Notes: generated from the sequence alone by a model not told the origin. DNA of 62,268 bases, filler included, from Nemertoderma westbladi (GCA_032718475.1; 5 parts of 5 records of this genome joined end to end with filler, not necessarily neighbours in it); one strand, 5' to 3'. Positions 22,640 through 36,765 are shown, counted from the whole stretch's first letter. Translations and numbers: made by a program.

Positions 22640-23626
22640 TTAAAGTGGACATTATGACTTAAATTTTAAAAGTAGTTTAAACACTTTCAATAATGGAACA
22701 TTCAAACGATCTTCATGGATTTTGTGGAAGAATGGCGGTCCCTTTTGAAGCTAGTTATGAATAATATGGTGAATACTTCATTTTGAATCCGTGTTCAAAT
22801 TTAAAGGAAATCAATTCGGAAATTACTGCATGCATAAGTTCTAAGTATAAGATTCACAGATTTCCACCACTTTTATTTAGTATTAATTATCCTTTACTTA
22901 AATATATATCTCTAAAAGTGTTCAAACTCGTCTTCAAAAAAATTCACTTCAATTCTGTAAATAATAATTCAATGCAACCACTATACCAAGGTTGGCCCCA
23001 AGGAAGTCCACCCTGATTATTTTCTTGTGTATGTGCCATCATACTGTACGTACATGTGCCATCCAGATATTAGGTTTTCTCAGGTAACAAAAGTCATCCA
23101 CATGATTAAGCACACCATAATTAGAGCTTACCTGTATGCTCATATGACCAGACATGTCCTCAGGACTGTCGAAGTTAACTGTAAAAATGTGTAATTCTAG
23201 GAGTTAACAAGAAACTTGTAGAATGGATGGTTAATCTCAAGGTGTTTTACTGATAATTTTCTATATGGCGAATCCGATCAACATCAATTCAAGTCATCAA
23301 GCATCAAGCATCAAGCATCAAGCCATGTCATCATGAAATAATTAGATTTTTTATGTCCTTTTATTTGACTTTTTTGTCCTCCTTTTTTTACGAATTGTGC
23401 ATAATGACTTTTGTTGTCCCTTTAATGACTTTTGTTGTCCTTTAATGACTTTTTATATATGTATTTCTACAAACTGTCAGACTGCTGATTTCTGGACTGT
23501 CAGACAGTTGATTTCAACATGCCTATGCCAAAACATTAAAAATTTGTTGATTTCTGGTCTGTCGGACAGTTGGTTTCACTATGCCTGTGCCAAAACATTC
23601 AAAACTCCATGATTTATAGACTATAT

Positions 23627-23661
<35 letters not shown>

Positions 23662-23779
23662 GATTTCCATATGCGCCTATGGTAAAAGACTCTAAATTTA
23701 ATAGTTTGTGGTTGTTGTCGATAATCGAATACCACATGACGTAGCAAAACACTCATTTTATAGCCAAAAACAATTACCA

Positions 23780-24230
23780 ATTGATGGAAAGGAGCAGGTT
23801 AAGGCCGAATTTTCTAACCAAAACAGTAAACAGTAAATTTACCAAATGAAGGAAAGGAGTAGGTTACAGAGGCTAGACTTTCTAACCAAAACAATAAACG
23901 GTCACTTTACCAAATCAGGGAAAGGAGCAGGTTACAGAGGCGGGATTTTCTAACCAAAACAATAAACGATCACTTAACTAATTGAGGGAAGGGAGCAGGT
24001 TACAGAGGCGGGATTTTCTAACCAAAACAAAACGATCACTTAACTAATTGAGGGAAAGGAGCAGGTTACAGAGGCGGGATTTTCTAGCCAAAACAATAAA
24101 CGATCACTTAACTAATTGATGGAAAGGAGCAGGTTACAGAGGCGGGATTTTCTAACAAAAACAATAAACAGTCACTTTACTAAATGAAGGAAAGGAGCTG
24201 GTTACAGAGGCGGGCCTTTCTAACCAAACT
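23780..24230. repeat. ~59-bp tandem repeat, ~7-8 copies; dispersed family
   Basis: GGAAAGGAGCAGGTTACAGAGGCGGGATTTTCTAACCAAAACAATAAACG.. Reverse-complement copies at ~12080-12235 and a single copy at ~51466-51515. Confidence 0.92.
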
Positions 24231-24484
24231 GCACAGACAGTAGTCATGATCCATTATAAAACTGATACAGTAAATTATGTGAAAGGTATATCCACATTTT
24301 CCACAATCCAGTTTGGCCTATCAATTATTTAAAATTTATTAGCACAACCGGTCAGCCGGTAGGCCTACCATTACCGTATTTAAATGGTCGTAGGCTACAC
24401 AGTAGGCCTACAGCAGTACTGGTACCGGTACCGGTACTAAAAAACCTAAAATACCTGCTTTATACCTACATCTGTACATACAAT

Positions 24485-25613
24485 GCTCACGTATGTTCAG
24501 CATACTTTCATTATATGGGATTCCTGATGAAATTATTGCAGCAATCAGATCAGTATACGATGGTTCGACAACATTTGTGTCTACTGTTGACGGTGACACA
24601 GAACCATTTGAAGTGTTATGGGGCGTCCTCCAAGGAGACACACTTGCACCATTCTTGTTCATTATTGTGGTTGACTATGTTCTACGCATGTCCTTAGATC
24701 ATCATAATGATGATGGGGTGATGATAACTCCACCTACTGGCTCCAGAAGTCGAGGAAACCCTGCCAAGTACCTAACTGATCTAGACTTTGCTGATGACTT
24801 AGGAGTACTCTCAGAATCATTAGAGGGAGCCCAGCGGCTCCTCAGCTCATTAGAACATGCTGCTTCTAGTGTTGGTCTTTTTATTAACTCCAGAAAGACC
24901 AAAATTCTGACAGTTAACTTTGAAAGTCCTCAGCAAGTCTCTGATCGGATGAGCATAAGCTCAAAGGATGGTATGCTTGAGCATGTGGACGACTTCTGTT
25001 ACCTGGGATCATGGATCCGGAAGTCAGGTGAGGACCTTCGAATACGTAAGGGAAAGGCATGGGCAGCCTTGAATAGGCTTTCCAGGATATGGAAGTCACC
25101 TAGAATTAATCGGAAACTTAAGGTCCGATTATTTAGAGCAGCAGTAGTTCCAGTACTCCTCTACGGGAGTCCATGCTGGGCTCTAACTGCTGAGGACACC
25201 AAATCTCTGGATGGCACATTCACAAGAATGCTACGCCGGGTACATTGTGTCAAGTACACTGCACACATCTCCAACCAGACACTATATAACATTGGAGGTG
25301 TCTCATTGGTTCCCCCAAGCTTGACACTAGAACAAAATCGCCTCCGCTTTGCAGGACATTGCTTTCGACGTGAGGAACAGCCAGTGCATAATCTTGTACT
25401 TTGGCAGCCCCATGGAGTGAATAAGCATGGTGGACAGCCCATGACTTTCTTGAGACGCGTCTTAAAGGACACTGGCCTTAAAGATGCGGATGATCTAGCA
25501 AATGTCATGGGTGATAGGGAGTTGTGGCGGTGCAATTTTGTTGACAAGCCGGCACAGCATTCTTAAAAATGCAGCTGCAATGCAGCATGCCGATCCTAGT
25601 AGTAGTAGTAGTA
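24485..25613 (+). mobile_element. 5'-truncated RTE-clade LINE (family A) in an NCX intron
   Basis: RT motifs GVLQGDTLAP, DLDFADD, YLGS, RLRFAGHC. (TAG)n tail. 11-bp TSD GTACATACAAT (24474-24484 / 25614-25624). Confidence 0.93.
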
Positions 25614-26151
25614 GTACATACAATACAGCAATACTGCAAAATAGTGCTCTATAGGCCCCTATACTAATACCGGTACTGTTAGCCTGAGAGAACAGCAGTA
25701 GAGAAACCGGTAGCATGGAACCTAAAACGGTAAATTTCTGGAGGACATAAAAAGTAAAAAAAAGGACATCATGAGTGATTTAAACGGACAATAAAAATTA
25801 TTGCGGAATTAAAATATATTGTCAATTTTCGCCAGCACCAATATTATTACTTATTAACCAATAACCAATAAACAAATAACCGGTAACATTTTAAGGTTTT
25901 GATTATTATAATACAGTTGGTCCTTAGGAATGGACCGGTACCGGTTCCGATTCTTGCCGGTTTGGCCGAACCTGTACCAGCCCGGTTTTTTTTACATTAC
26001 TGCCGGTTCGCAATATTTTAAAAACAGAAAATTACGTTAAACATAATTGGCCATTATTAAAAGATTAGTTATTTATTATTCTGAAACACCCTATGCATAG
26101 GTACTGTACAATAGAATACTACCACTAGAATACTACTAGAATACTACCAGA

Positions 26152-26251
26152 NNNNNNNNNNNNNNNNNNNNNNNNNNNNNNNNNNNNNNNNNNNNTTAAT
26201 TAATTAANNNNNNNNNNNNNNNNNNNNNNNNNNNNNNNNNNNNNNNNNNNN
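26152..26251. other. Artificial contig linker (also 35313-35412, 45173-45272, 54418-54517)
   Basis: N run + TTAATTAATTAA (stops in all six frames) + N run, 100 nt each time. Confidence 0.97.
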
Positions 26252-26279
26252 CTACTCATATGGGTGGTATTTAAACAGA

Positions 26280-26432
26280 CTGAGAAGAGGGCGGTGCCTG
26301 AACGGAGAGGAGAGCGGTGCCTGAACTGAGGAGCGCGGTGCCCGAACTGAGAAGCGCTGTGCCCAAACTGAGAAGCGCGGTGTCCGAACTGAGAAGCGCG
26401 GTGGCCGTACTGAGAAGTGCGATGCCCAAACG
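26280..26432. repeat. ~21-22-bp GC-rich tandem repeat
   Basis: About 7 copies of GCGCGGTGCCCGAACTGAGAA. Confidence 0.85.
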
Positions 26433-27213
26433 TCGGCCCCGGGGTGGGTACCAGTAACTGGGTCACCAGCCACCACCCACAACTGGGCCCGGAACCTCGG
26501 TAGTCGTTGCACAAACCTTGAAACACGTACGGGGGCTTGGTGGACAGTAGTCTGACATTAGAATTAGCAGAAGTAGGTGAATTTAATCACCTACTTATGA
26601 TTTTAATAGTTCAATCAAGACCATAAGTGATGTTTCTTTGTAAAGAAGCTTCTTCTTTAATATTTTTCATAGATAATTAAATAACATATGACTTAAACAA
26701 ATATGATTTATATCAAATCCATATTTATTATATAATTTTTTTTTTCAAAATGAATTAAAATACAAGCTTCTCTCCTAGGCTGTATAAATATGGTAGGCCA
26801 TCATATGGTATTATAGTACTTTATTTATAAGTATATGTACAGTTTGTTTTGTTGAACAGTAGGCCTATTCCAGAATGAGAATGATATTATTAATTGATAT
26901 TCAGTCGTTAAACTCAATTTGCTCCCTTATTGTTTAATATATCGCCAATATTACAAAATCAAGAAGGTTTTACACGCGCCATAACAAGGTGGGTTTCTAC
27001 AATTAAGTATTAGTGATAATCTGGACAATTGTATTAGATTCGTGTTTTACTCTGATTTACAAATAATTAATATATGGCGATATACCAGACCATTAATATA
27101 AGCAAAGCCCTTATTATTAATTGTATCACGATTGAGAGTTGTCATAAATTGATTGCGGTAGAAATATTCGTATAATTATACATAAAGACAAGTCAAAATA
27201 CGTTTCCCCTATA

Positions 27214-30200
27214 TGGAAACACAATTTGGTGCCCTCAATGCCCACATCCTCTATGGTACTATGTACCCTACTACAGAGAGTATGTGTACATACCCTTTAC
27301 TCTCTTACTACGTGGCGCCCTCAGTGCCCACAACTTCTAACTCTTATGGTACTATGTACCATACTACTACTACTCCTATGGTATACCTATATACCATACC
27401 CTCTACTCTCTTACTATGTGGCGCTCTCGGTGCCCACAACTTCTAACTCTCACAGTACTATGTACCCTACTACTACTCCCATGGTATGTCTATATACCAC
27501 ACTCCCCACTTTCTTACTACGTGGCGCCCTCGGTGCCCACAACTTCTAACTCCTACGGTACTATGTACCCTACTACTACTACCATGGTATGCCTATATAC
27601 CACACTCCCTATTCTCTTACTACTTCCATGGTAGGCCTATATACCATACTCTCTACTCTCTTACTACTTCCATGGTATGCCTATATACCATACTCTCTAC
27701 TCACTTACTACTTCCATGGTATGCCTATATACCATACTCTCTACTCACTTACTACTTCCATGGTATGCCTATATACCATACTCTCTACTCTCTTACTATT
27801 TCCATGGTATGCCTATATACCATACACTCTCTACTACTACTTCCATGGTATGCCTATATGCCATACTCTCTACTCTCTTACTATTTCCATGGTATGCCTA
27901 TATACCATACACTCTCTACTACTACTTCCATGGTATGCCTATATACCAAGCTCGCTCTACTACTTATACTTAGTGCTACGTACTATCTACTACTACTAAT
28001 TTCTACTATCTTACTTCTTATTGCTTATTATTTATTTTTTTTATATTTTTATGTGTGGGAAGGGCGTCTTGCCCTCATTCCCACCCCCCTCAGTCCAACA
28101 TATTGTATGACTAAACTCAAGGAGACCCTTCCAATAGGCAACACTTTCCTACAGCCCTCCTGTAGGTCTTCCTATCTTTGGCCCCTATCTTCCCTCCTAT
28201 CCTCACTTCCACCGACCGGACTCTTCCGTCCTCATCGTGGTAAGTATCTACCACTCTCGCTAGTCTCCATTGGTTATTGATAATTGTGTCGTCAGTGATG
28301 ATTACCAAGTCACCCTTCTTTAACTCTCTATTGGTGTTCCTCCACTTACTCCCCCTATGCAATGTCGGAAGATACTCTTCTACCCATCTCCTCCAATACT
28401 CCGCACTTATTGCCTTGGCGACTTTCCAACTTTGATGCAAAAGTATGTCATCCGGGTCTACACCCCGCATGTCAATCATCGCCGGCCTCTCCATTAGTAA
28501 ATGCCCTGGCGTTAGGACGTCAAGTGAGTCCGGGTTGTCATTCTCTGGGTATAGCGGTCTGCTATTAATGATTCCTTCGCACTTGGCTAACACCATTCTT
28601 AATACGTCCTCGGTGACCATGTGGTTATTCATCAGTTTGGTCATCAAACGTTTAGAGCTTCCGACAAGCCTCTCTACACACCCTAATGTATGTGGCGTGT
28701 ACGGCATTCTCCTTTCCCACTTTATTTGACGTCTTCTCATAGCCGCCCTGACATGTTTCCCTCTAGGATGTTGAAGGCCTTGGCCAACTCGTTCTCTGCT
28801 CCCACGAAGTTGGTCCCGTTATCCGAATATAACACCTTTAGCGTCCCCCCTCTGTGGGTTACAAACCTTTCCAAGGCATTAATAAATGCCGACGCCGTAG
28901 CGTCTTGCGCAAGTTCTATTCCCACCGCTCTTGTGTTGTTGCAGACGAAGATAATGCCGTAGCATTTTTCCGTGTGCCGCATCACCTTTATCTTAATCAG
29001 CCCGAACATGTCCACGCCGCAATGTGTAAATGGAGGGTCATGATGTCTCACTCTGTTGGCCGGTAATGGCGCCATCTCCTGTACGGCCCTCTCCTTTCTC
29101 ATCCGTTGGCAGGTCTGGCACTGCCCCACTACCGCCTTCACCTTCTTCCTAAGTTGGGTGATCCAGAATGTCCTTCATATTTCTGTGAGTGTCTGATTCG
29201 TGCCTCCATGTAGTATCGATTTATGGGAGTCCCATATGAACTGGTGGACTATTGGTAATTTATTGGGGATTATTATGGGTTTCGGTGGGATAACTAAGCT
29301 GGTGTTGTTCACCACTCTGGAATTCATCACCAGAATCCCGTCGTCGTTCAACTGCGGGGACAGCGCGTTGAGTTCGCTGCCTCGACGAAGGTGTTGTTGC
29401 TTACTAACTCTGTCCACTTCCTTTCTTTGTTTATGTCATATTACGGCTTTAGCCGCTCCTTCCAGATCGATGGTTGGTGTCCTTTTGGTATCCTTGCCAA
29501 CTCCCCTGAGGAAATCCCGTAGGCCCTGCAATACGCTACCAACTTCTTAGTCTTGTACCAGCTGGAGCTGTAACTGAGCAACCTATCCGTCGGATTATCG
29601 CATGGTTCTTCTGATTTCGGAGGTACTTCCTTGATCTCCCTCACCAACTGGCTGTATCTCTTCCCCTTCTGAAACCTCTCCCTCCTCTTCTGCTACTACT
29701 TCCTCCGTGCCTGGGTCCACCTTCCTCATTGGTGGCCAGGCTGATCTATCACTAAGAAAGTGTGGCCCATGCTGCCAAAACTCTTCCTTCTTCAAGAAAG
29801 TGCGGCGTACAACACCCCTCGATAACAGATCTGCTGGATTGTTGTCGGTAGGGCAGTAATGCCACCCTTCTAGGTCAGTCGTCGCCCTTATCTCATCTAC
29901 CCTGTTCGCGACGAATATAGGGTATCTTGTCTTCTCGTTATGTAGCCACCCTAACACTACCATGGAGTCCGTCCAGTAGTGTGTCTCCACTATGTTCGGT
30001 ATAGTGTCCATCAAGTAAGCTGTCGCCCTTGCTCCTAACCTCGCAGCTGTCAGCTCGAGTTTCGGCTCTGATGCTGAATCTGGTGGCATCGACTTCGCTT
30101 TACTGAACGCAAGCCTGGGCTTATGAGCCCCCTTTCGCTGTACCAAATAAAGTGCCGCTCCATATGCTTCCAAGGATGCATCGGAAAACATGTGAAGGTC

Positions 30201-33200
30201 CAGGTCCATCATGTTTCTTCCGACCGGAAAATACACGCGTGGCATGCTGTACTTCCCCATCTCCTCTAGACTCCCTGTCCACTTACTCCACTGTCTACTT
30301 ATTTCTTCCGGGACTTCCGTATCCCACTCATCCTTTAACTTATATACTTTCTTTAGTATTTGCTTCCCTGTGACTAAAAATGGGGATGCTAGGCCTAGGA
30401 GATCGTATATCCTTGCTATGTACGATACATTGCCCCGCTTAGTGTGGATCTCTGCACCCTCTTGGCTTAGTTGATACTCCAACTCGTCCGTCTCCCGGTT
30501 CTATACGATCCCTAGCGCCCTTTGCTGAGACTCCACTCTCTTGCCATAACCTGTCCCTTTACCGTTGTGGGGTTGTCCATAGTCGACTCTGGTCATTTGT
30601 CTTCTATGGCCTTCATAAATTCCTTGGAGCTGGACTGGAACTTAGTAAGGTTGAACTCGGATCCTTTTAGGATGTCGTGAACCTCGCGCCCTATCTCCAG
30701 TATTTCTTCAACCGTGATTCCAGATCCCATCCCATCATCTACATAGAAACCACGTCGAATCATGTCGATCGCCTTTGCACTATACCCTCCTTCCTTGCTC
30801 TCTACCGTATCTCTTACAGCCGTAGTGGCCCCCATGTTTTGCACCACCATTTTGTACATTGGAATCTCAGACGGTTCTTCTTCGCCGTTGTACCATAGGA
30901 AGCGCTGACTATCGCTGTCTTCTTCCATCACACGGACTTGGTTGAACATGCCTTCAATGTCGCACGTAAAGGCGTGCCTCCCATTTCTGAATTGCAACAG
31001 GACTTCTATCCCCGAGTTGTAGATGTTGGGTCCCTCCAGCAGATAGTCGTTCAGGCTCTTGCCATTCGTTTTGGCCGACGTGTCGACCACAATCCGCAGT
31101 TTACCCTTCTTTGGATCTAAAGCCACGTGCAGTGGCAAATAGTAGGTCCTGTCCATGTTTAGCTCGTCGACCGGTAACTCCACGGCCCACCCCTTCTCAA
31201 CGTATTTCTTAATTGTCTTGTGGATGTACTCGTCCTTCTCAAGGCTCTGTCTGAGCGTCTGTTTCAGTTTGCGAAGCATTCCGACTATGATGAATACCTT
31301 CGAGATGTCCACTTCCAGTATTGAGAAATTGATATCGTACGGGAACCGGTATTGCTCGACCTCGATCCTGGTGGGCTGCCTGGCGTTTATATTAATCGAT
31401 TCTATTACTTGAATGGGGTCGATGTTCGCCCCATAATCACATCCTGGTGCTATTGCTGATATCTCGCACTGTCCCGTTCTTATCTCCAGGACCTCATCCT
31501 TGCTCGAGAGAGTAGTTACCGCCATCCTACTCGGCCTCGTCTGCAACCTTATCTCTTCGGCCACCCAATTCTCCACCAGTGTGAAGGCTACTCCGCTGTC
31601 AACCAGCATCAATGTCGTGATTGATCGGCCGCTTTCTCCTATCACCCTCACCGGTACCACCCCGAGTAGTACCATCCCCCTTCTTTTCGCTCCTATGGTG
31701 CTTGTCACCATCGTTTGACCTTTGCCTTGACCGAATCTTATTGGTGTGTCCTTACACTCTTCAACCTTGTGTCCTCCTACCACACATCTGTGACAAATTC
31801 CATTTTTACTCACGTAGGCTACCTGATCTTGTTTAGGCAACACCGCCAATACTTGCAGTTCATAGTCTGATGGAGTGCGTTTGAGTGTAATTGGCATTTG
31901 TTTCTCGGATTATAGCCTTTTCTATACAGCGCATTGCATATCGCACGTATATTCATACTTAGCTGTCTAGCGTTCTTATTATTTGGATTTGGCCTACTGG
32001 GTGTGTCGGGATTATATCTGTTCGTGTTATTATTTTGTCCCTGTTCGTGCCATGGTGTGGCCCTACCCCCAGCTATCTGTGGACTTGCAGTCTCCTGTGT
32101 CGCCGCATATGGTAGTGACTGTCTTAACTTTGGTAACGCATTTGCTGCACTACGCTCTGGTTTTCGCCTGTTGTATTCGGCTCTCAGTGCCCTCCCCAGA
32201 CTATCCTCACTGTAGACTGGGTCCATGATTAGTTCCGCCTCGTAATTGAGGAAGTTCGACATCTCCTCTAGGCTTGGTTCCACACCTTTCTTCTCCCGGG
32301 TGGAGAAGGCAATCTTTCTCCACTTGTTTCTTAGCCAGATCGGTAGTGCCTGCGCTATTGTGGTGATGTTATTCGATGCGTTGAGTTTGTAAGGCGCATC
32401 TAAGGTCTTTAGCGCAATCAGCGCCTTTTCGACTATATTTGCGAAAGTCTTGATGCTGACATGGTTGGTTATCCTGTAGTCCACCTGATGTTATTCCCCT
32501 TAAGGTTTGTCAGATGACCTTAGCAGGATGTCCGTATTCCCTGTCTAGGGCCCGCCATGCAGTCGTCTATCCGCCTTCGATACCTTGGTACTGCCTTATG
32601 TTGTATGCTGGCCCCCCTGTGTAAACTTGTAAGTATTTTAGGCACTCCGCCTGCATCAGGTTCTTTGTTAGTATTTCGTTACTGTACGTACGCCGGAAAT
32701 GCAGATATTCCACCGGTTTACTACCATCAAATTTGAACGGCTCCACTGGTGGTAGCTCGATCCTGGTCTTAAGCGCGTCGATGAGTGTTGCCATTCCCAT
32801 CGCTTGTACTTCTAGCGCGTTCGATGGTTGTTGTGCAGACTCCCCTGCTGTTAGGTGCGGTTTGCCCGTCGGGCCTGTCAACCTCCCCTGTGTTGGATAT
32901 ATCATTGGAGGTAACGGTCCCCTCCATATCTCTGTGTCACACAACTTATTTGGGTCTAAGGGGTTTGGGGTTTTTGTTCTTATTTGCGTACTGGGGTTGA
33001 TGTTACCATGTTAGGGCCCATACATCTATCGGCAATAGCTCCCCCCTCCCCTGGGTATATATTATATCCTTGCATATTATAGTCATACTTGTGTGCAGCT
33101 ATAGGCCTATCCATTTCTTGCCTACCCACCAGTATGTATGCCGCGACTTCCGGATCTAATCCCGTTGTCCATGCTACAATATCACCTACACTATATCTTC

Positions 33201-34220
33201 CAGCATGGCCTACACTATACTATGTCCTGCAGTCTGCCTGTGTCCTTCCGGACCAAAGTTTAATCTTCTCGAATATTACAAGAAGTCCTCCCCGCGACTA
33301 CCATACTCTCGATTGGCAGCTACATCCCTTCGGGAAGTTTCTCTTCGATCCCCTCTCCTGTCCTCGTCCTCACACCAGTACATCCTGTATCCTTCTCCCG
33401 GTGCGGGTTCGCCGTCGTGCGGGTCCGCCCATCCCATTAACTTAATTCCCCTAGCATCCTCTAAGTAAGGCCCTATGTACACTACGTCTGGCTCCATTAC
33501 CTTGGACCACCATAATTCAAACAGTTCCGTGGCGACCCCCCTTGCTCTCTCACTCACCAGTTCTCCCTGTCCAAAACGGACTAAATAACAAAAATGTTTA
33601 TTTGACTCACCTAGCCTCTGGTATAGTTTAGGCTGGTCTAACTTTCTCCCCTTCTTAGCCTCTTTGAGTAGTTTCTTTGTGGCGTTGTAGGCCCGTCGTA
33701 GTCGATCACTTGTCCCAATGTCCTCTTTGTCAACTCTACATTCTCTCCTCATCTGGCGTCGTACCGGCGGCCCCACCGTCGCCGTTCCGGTGGGCCGTCC
33801 GTCACCCTCAGCCTGTGGCTGGCCGGCGACTTCGGTACTCCGACCACCGTCGTCGTCGTGCGTCGACCCGTCTCCCTCTCTCCCTCGTAGTTGATGGCCG
33901 CACTCCGCTTGGGTAACCGCATCATCAATCGTTGGCGAATCCGGCGTGGCAGGCCTATACCGTCTCGTCGCGGCCTATTGGATCATTTGGTTGGTGTTGT
34001 CTGGGTCCGCGGCAGCGTTCTCTCCCCCTCTGACTGTACTGTCGGGGCTCCTGTTTGCTCATCTTTTCGTCTTGCAGTCACAGTTTGTTAGTAGGCTGGC
34101 AGTTTTCGACTGTGACGGGATCGTAGATCCCGACCGGGTTAGATTTAGTACGCGTCACCGTTCTGCTGGGGCTGTTGAGCTATAGTTGTTTTGGCCGAAG
34201 GCCGTCGGGGAAAGAGTTTG
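27214..34220 (-). mobile_element. BEL/Pao LTR retrotransposon, degenerate (gag-PR-RT-RH-IN split by stops and frameshifts)
   Basis: gag (KFDGSKPVEY; LPIWLRNKW), protease LVDSG, RT YVDD, Pao RH (LHMFSDASLEAYG; WTDS; NPADLLSRG), integrase (GVDMFG; YSDNGTNFVGA; INSRPL; WRLARV). PPT GAGGGGGGTGGGAA then TG at 28077. Outer boundaries approximate. Confidence 0.93.
27225..27965. repeat. Nested tandem repeats (~110-120 bp and ~43 bp) in the putative 3' LTR of the BEL element
   Basis: CTACTTCCATGGTATGCCTATATACCATACTCTCTACTCTCTTA repeated ~9 times, and GGCGCCCTCGGTGCCCACAACTTCTAACTC 3 times. Confidence 0.9.
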
Positions 34221-34827
34221 TGTTTCTCAATGTTAATGTTCTGAATGATAATAGCACAGAATCAGTACGTAATTGATATCACAATACAGAATGACAGCAG
34301 TAAATCAGTAATAGATATTGATCAGTGATGTTGGTGACAGTCGAAAACTATGACCGGTCTGCAATTCTGTGATTAATGAACTGACCAGTAAATCAGTAAT
34401 ACAGAATAGTTATATGATCGATACACACAGATATTGGTTTCACCTCTTACTCTACTTGGCCTTCTGTACCCAGCGGATGCTTTCCTATCTCTGTCCATGT
34501 GCTCCCCTGCCTGCTATTGGCTTATATACTAATTATCACTTTGGCACTCCCTGTGAGTGTTTCCCCCCTCCGCTAGTCTTTGCTAGCTGTGTTCTCCCTC
34601 CGAGGTGGTTTGACCTCTCACCTCTCTCTGTGGCTTTAGGGCTTGAGTCGCCCCCCCCCCCCCCAAAAAAAGTTGGTTATGAGGTGAGATTATTATTGGT
34701 AATCTCGTATCCCCAACTATATTGGTAAAATGCCACTGGTCCCATTTTCGGGTGGATAATGCTTTGGAATTGAATCCTCTTACAACATAGTTACTGCTAT
34801 TGTAATTATTGTACTCTTCAACCCTCG

Positions 34828-35166
34828 ATGTTGTTGCCTTACTCAACGTTAAATACTTTAGTGTTCTCGAATATTTATTACGAACTAGAGATCCGCTTAA
34901 CAATATAAACCAATATTGGATATTGAGTCCGTTTTGGAGTTTGCCTTTCAGACACTAAAGTTGCAATAACTTTTGAGTGTGTGAATAGATTTTGCTTAAA
35001 TTAGGTGTAAACCTTTACTGCGATTTTCTTTCAAAGCATGTACTAAAATTTAAAATGTAAAACCAATGCAATCCTATGGGTTAGTTTTTTCGTATGGAAA
35101 AAATGTGAACCTTTTTCCCCCGATTTTGTGGTATATTCGAGCGAAAAATTAACAATTTAAGAATAA
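34828..35166. mobile_element. Dispersed repeat, same family as 8830-9066
   Basis: Long shared blocks with 8830-9066. Confidence 0.75.
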
Positions 35167-35937
35167 AAGTAAAGATAAGAAAAAAATATTAACTAATCAA
35201 TCTTCCAAAAATTGCGGATAATAAAATATTTATCCAATCAATGATCTAGAATTTTATTCTGTTGATTTCGCATTATTGATTTATTCTAGATCAGAAATTA
35301 TATTGGTAATTTNNNNNNNNNNNNNNNNNNNNNNNNNNNNNNNNNNNNNNNNNNNNTTAATTAATTAANNNNNNNNNNNNNNNNNNNNNNNNNNNNNNNN
35401 NNNNNNNNNNNNTAGTTGTAGGCATGGATGGCATAACGAAACGAAAAAAAATAAATAAAAAAAATATATATATACATATTTGGGTAATAATAATAATAAT
35501 AATGATAATCTCCATAATTGATGTAAATGTAAACGGAGTAAATTATTTCCTTCAATACAGCCAACCCTTTTGCTTTCCAGTTCCCGGCACCATTGCAATG
35601 CAATAAACTAGGGCGTATTACATTAGAACTAAAATAAGGAACTAAAAGGCAATACTGATAGTAAATTAGTACAGTACTACATTATTATTATTATTATTAT
35701 TGCACCTCTATACATAATTAATTAATTTAAATAAGAAACCAGTATATAGAGGGATAACATCACCAAGGTACAAAGTACACTAATGGGTGAAATAAAATAT
35801 TACAATATAAATTCCGCTCCTTTAAGTGAAATCAAATTATACGTACTGTACTATACGGAAAAAAACGCATACTGATAAGAATTGGTGCATTAAAATTAAA
35901 AAATATATATATAAATAATAAAAAATTATGTTTTATA

Positions 35938-36765
35938 TTAGTCTAAAAATCTGTTAAAATGACTGTACGGAAGTAGATCAATCTGTAAAATTCTAGATTT
36001 AAAAATATTATAGCTGGACGCATTTACTAACTCAGACGGCAATGAATTCCAAATATCTACTATGCGGTGAGAAAAAGAAAATTTCACCACTTGTAGACGG
36101 GCTTGAGGCTTAAAAATTTTCATATTATGCCCTCTTGAAGATTGACGCGTATTGAAGGTAAAAAAGTTATCAATTGGTAGGTCAACACGCCTATGTAAAA
36201 TAGAGTACACCATTTTTAAATCAGTAAGTAACCTACGTACTTCTAGTGGTTGCAATTTCAACTGTAATAAGCGATTCATATAGTCTACATATCTTAAATT
36301 GCACCTAGAAAAGAGTCTACGTGTGAAGTATCGCTGTACTCGCTCGATTAAATCTATAATGCCTACATGGAAAGGAGATGTTATAACCGTACAGTATTCT
36401 AGAATTGGCCTAACATAAGTTTTGTACGCAGTGAGAATGGCTTTTGAGTTACTTGTCTTAAAACATCTGAAAATCATATTGATAATTTTAAAAGCTTTTG
36501 CAACTTTCTCCTTACAATGAAGGTCAAAAATTAGATTGGCACATACGGTTACCCCTAAATCTTTACAAAAAGTCTCACAATCCAATACCCTACCATCTAA
36601 AATATACTGTAAATTAGAGCTTCTCGTTGTAGAAATATTTAACACTGAACATTTATGTGGTGCTATTTTCACTTGCCATTGTTTCGCCCAATTATCGAGT
36701 AAAATAAGAGAATTGGATAAAGGTGCACTATTAGTAGTTTTGGCATATATTTTTAGATCGTCTTT
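35938..36765 (-). mobile_element. 5'-truncated CR1/L2-group LINE, RT C-terminus
   Basis: KDLGV, YKTYVRPILEY, IERVQRYFTR, RGHNMK, FSHRIVDIWNSLP. Confidence 0.9.

Noticed and set aside
26152-26251. TTAATTAATTAA as a biological motif, and synteny across gaps
   Set aside because: Identical artificial linker at all four gaps; neighbouring contigs need not be adjacent.
27213-28280. Tyr/Leu-rich ORFs
   Set aside because: Translations of tandem repeats in all frames, antisense to the BEL element.
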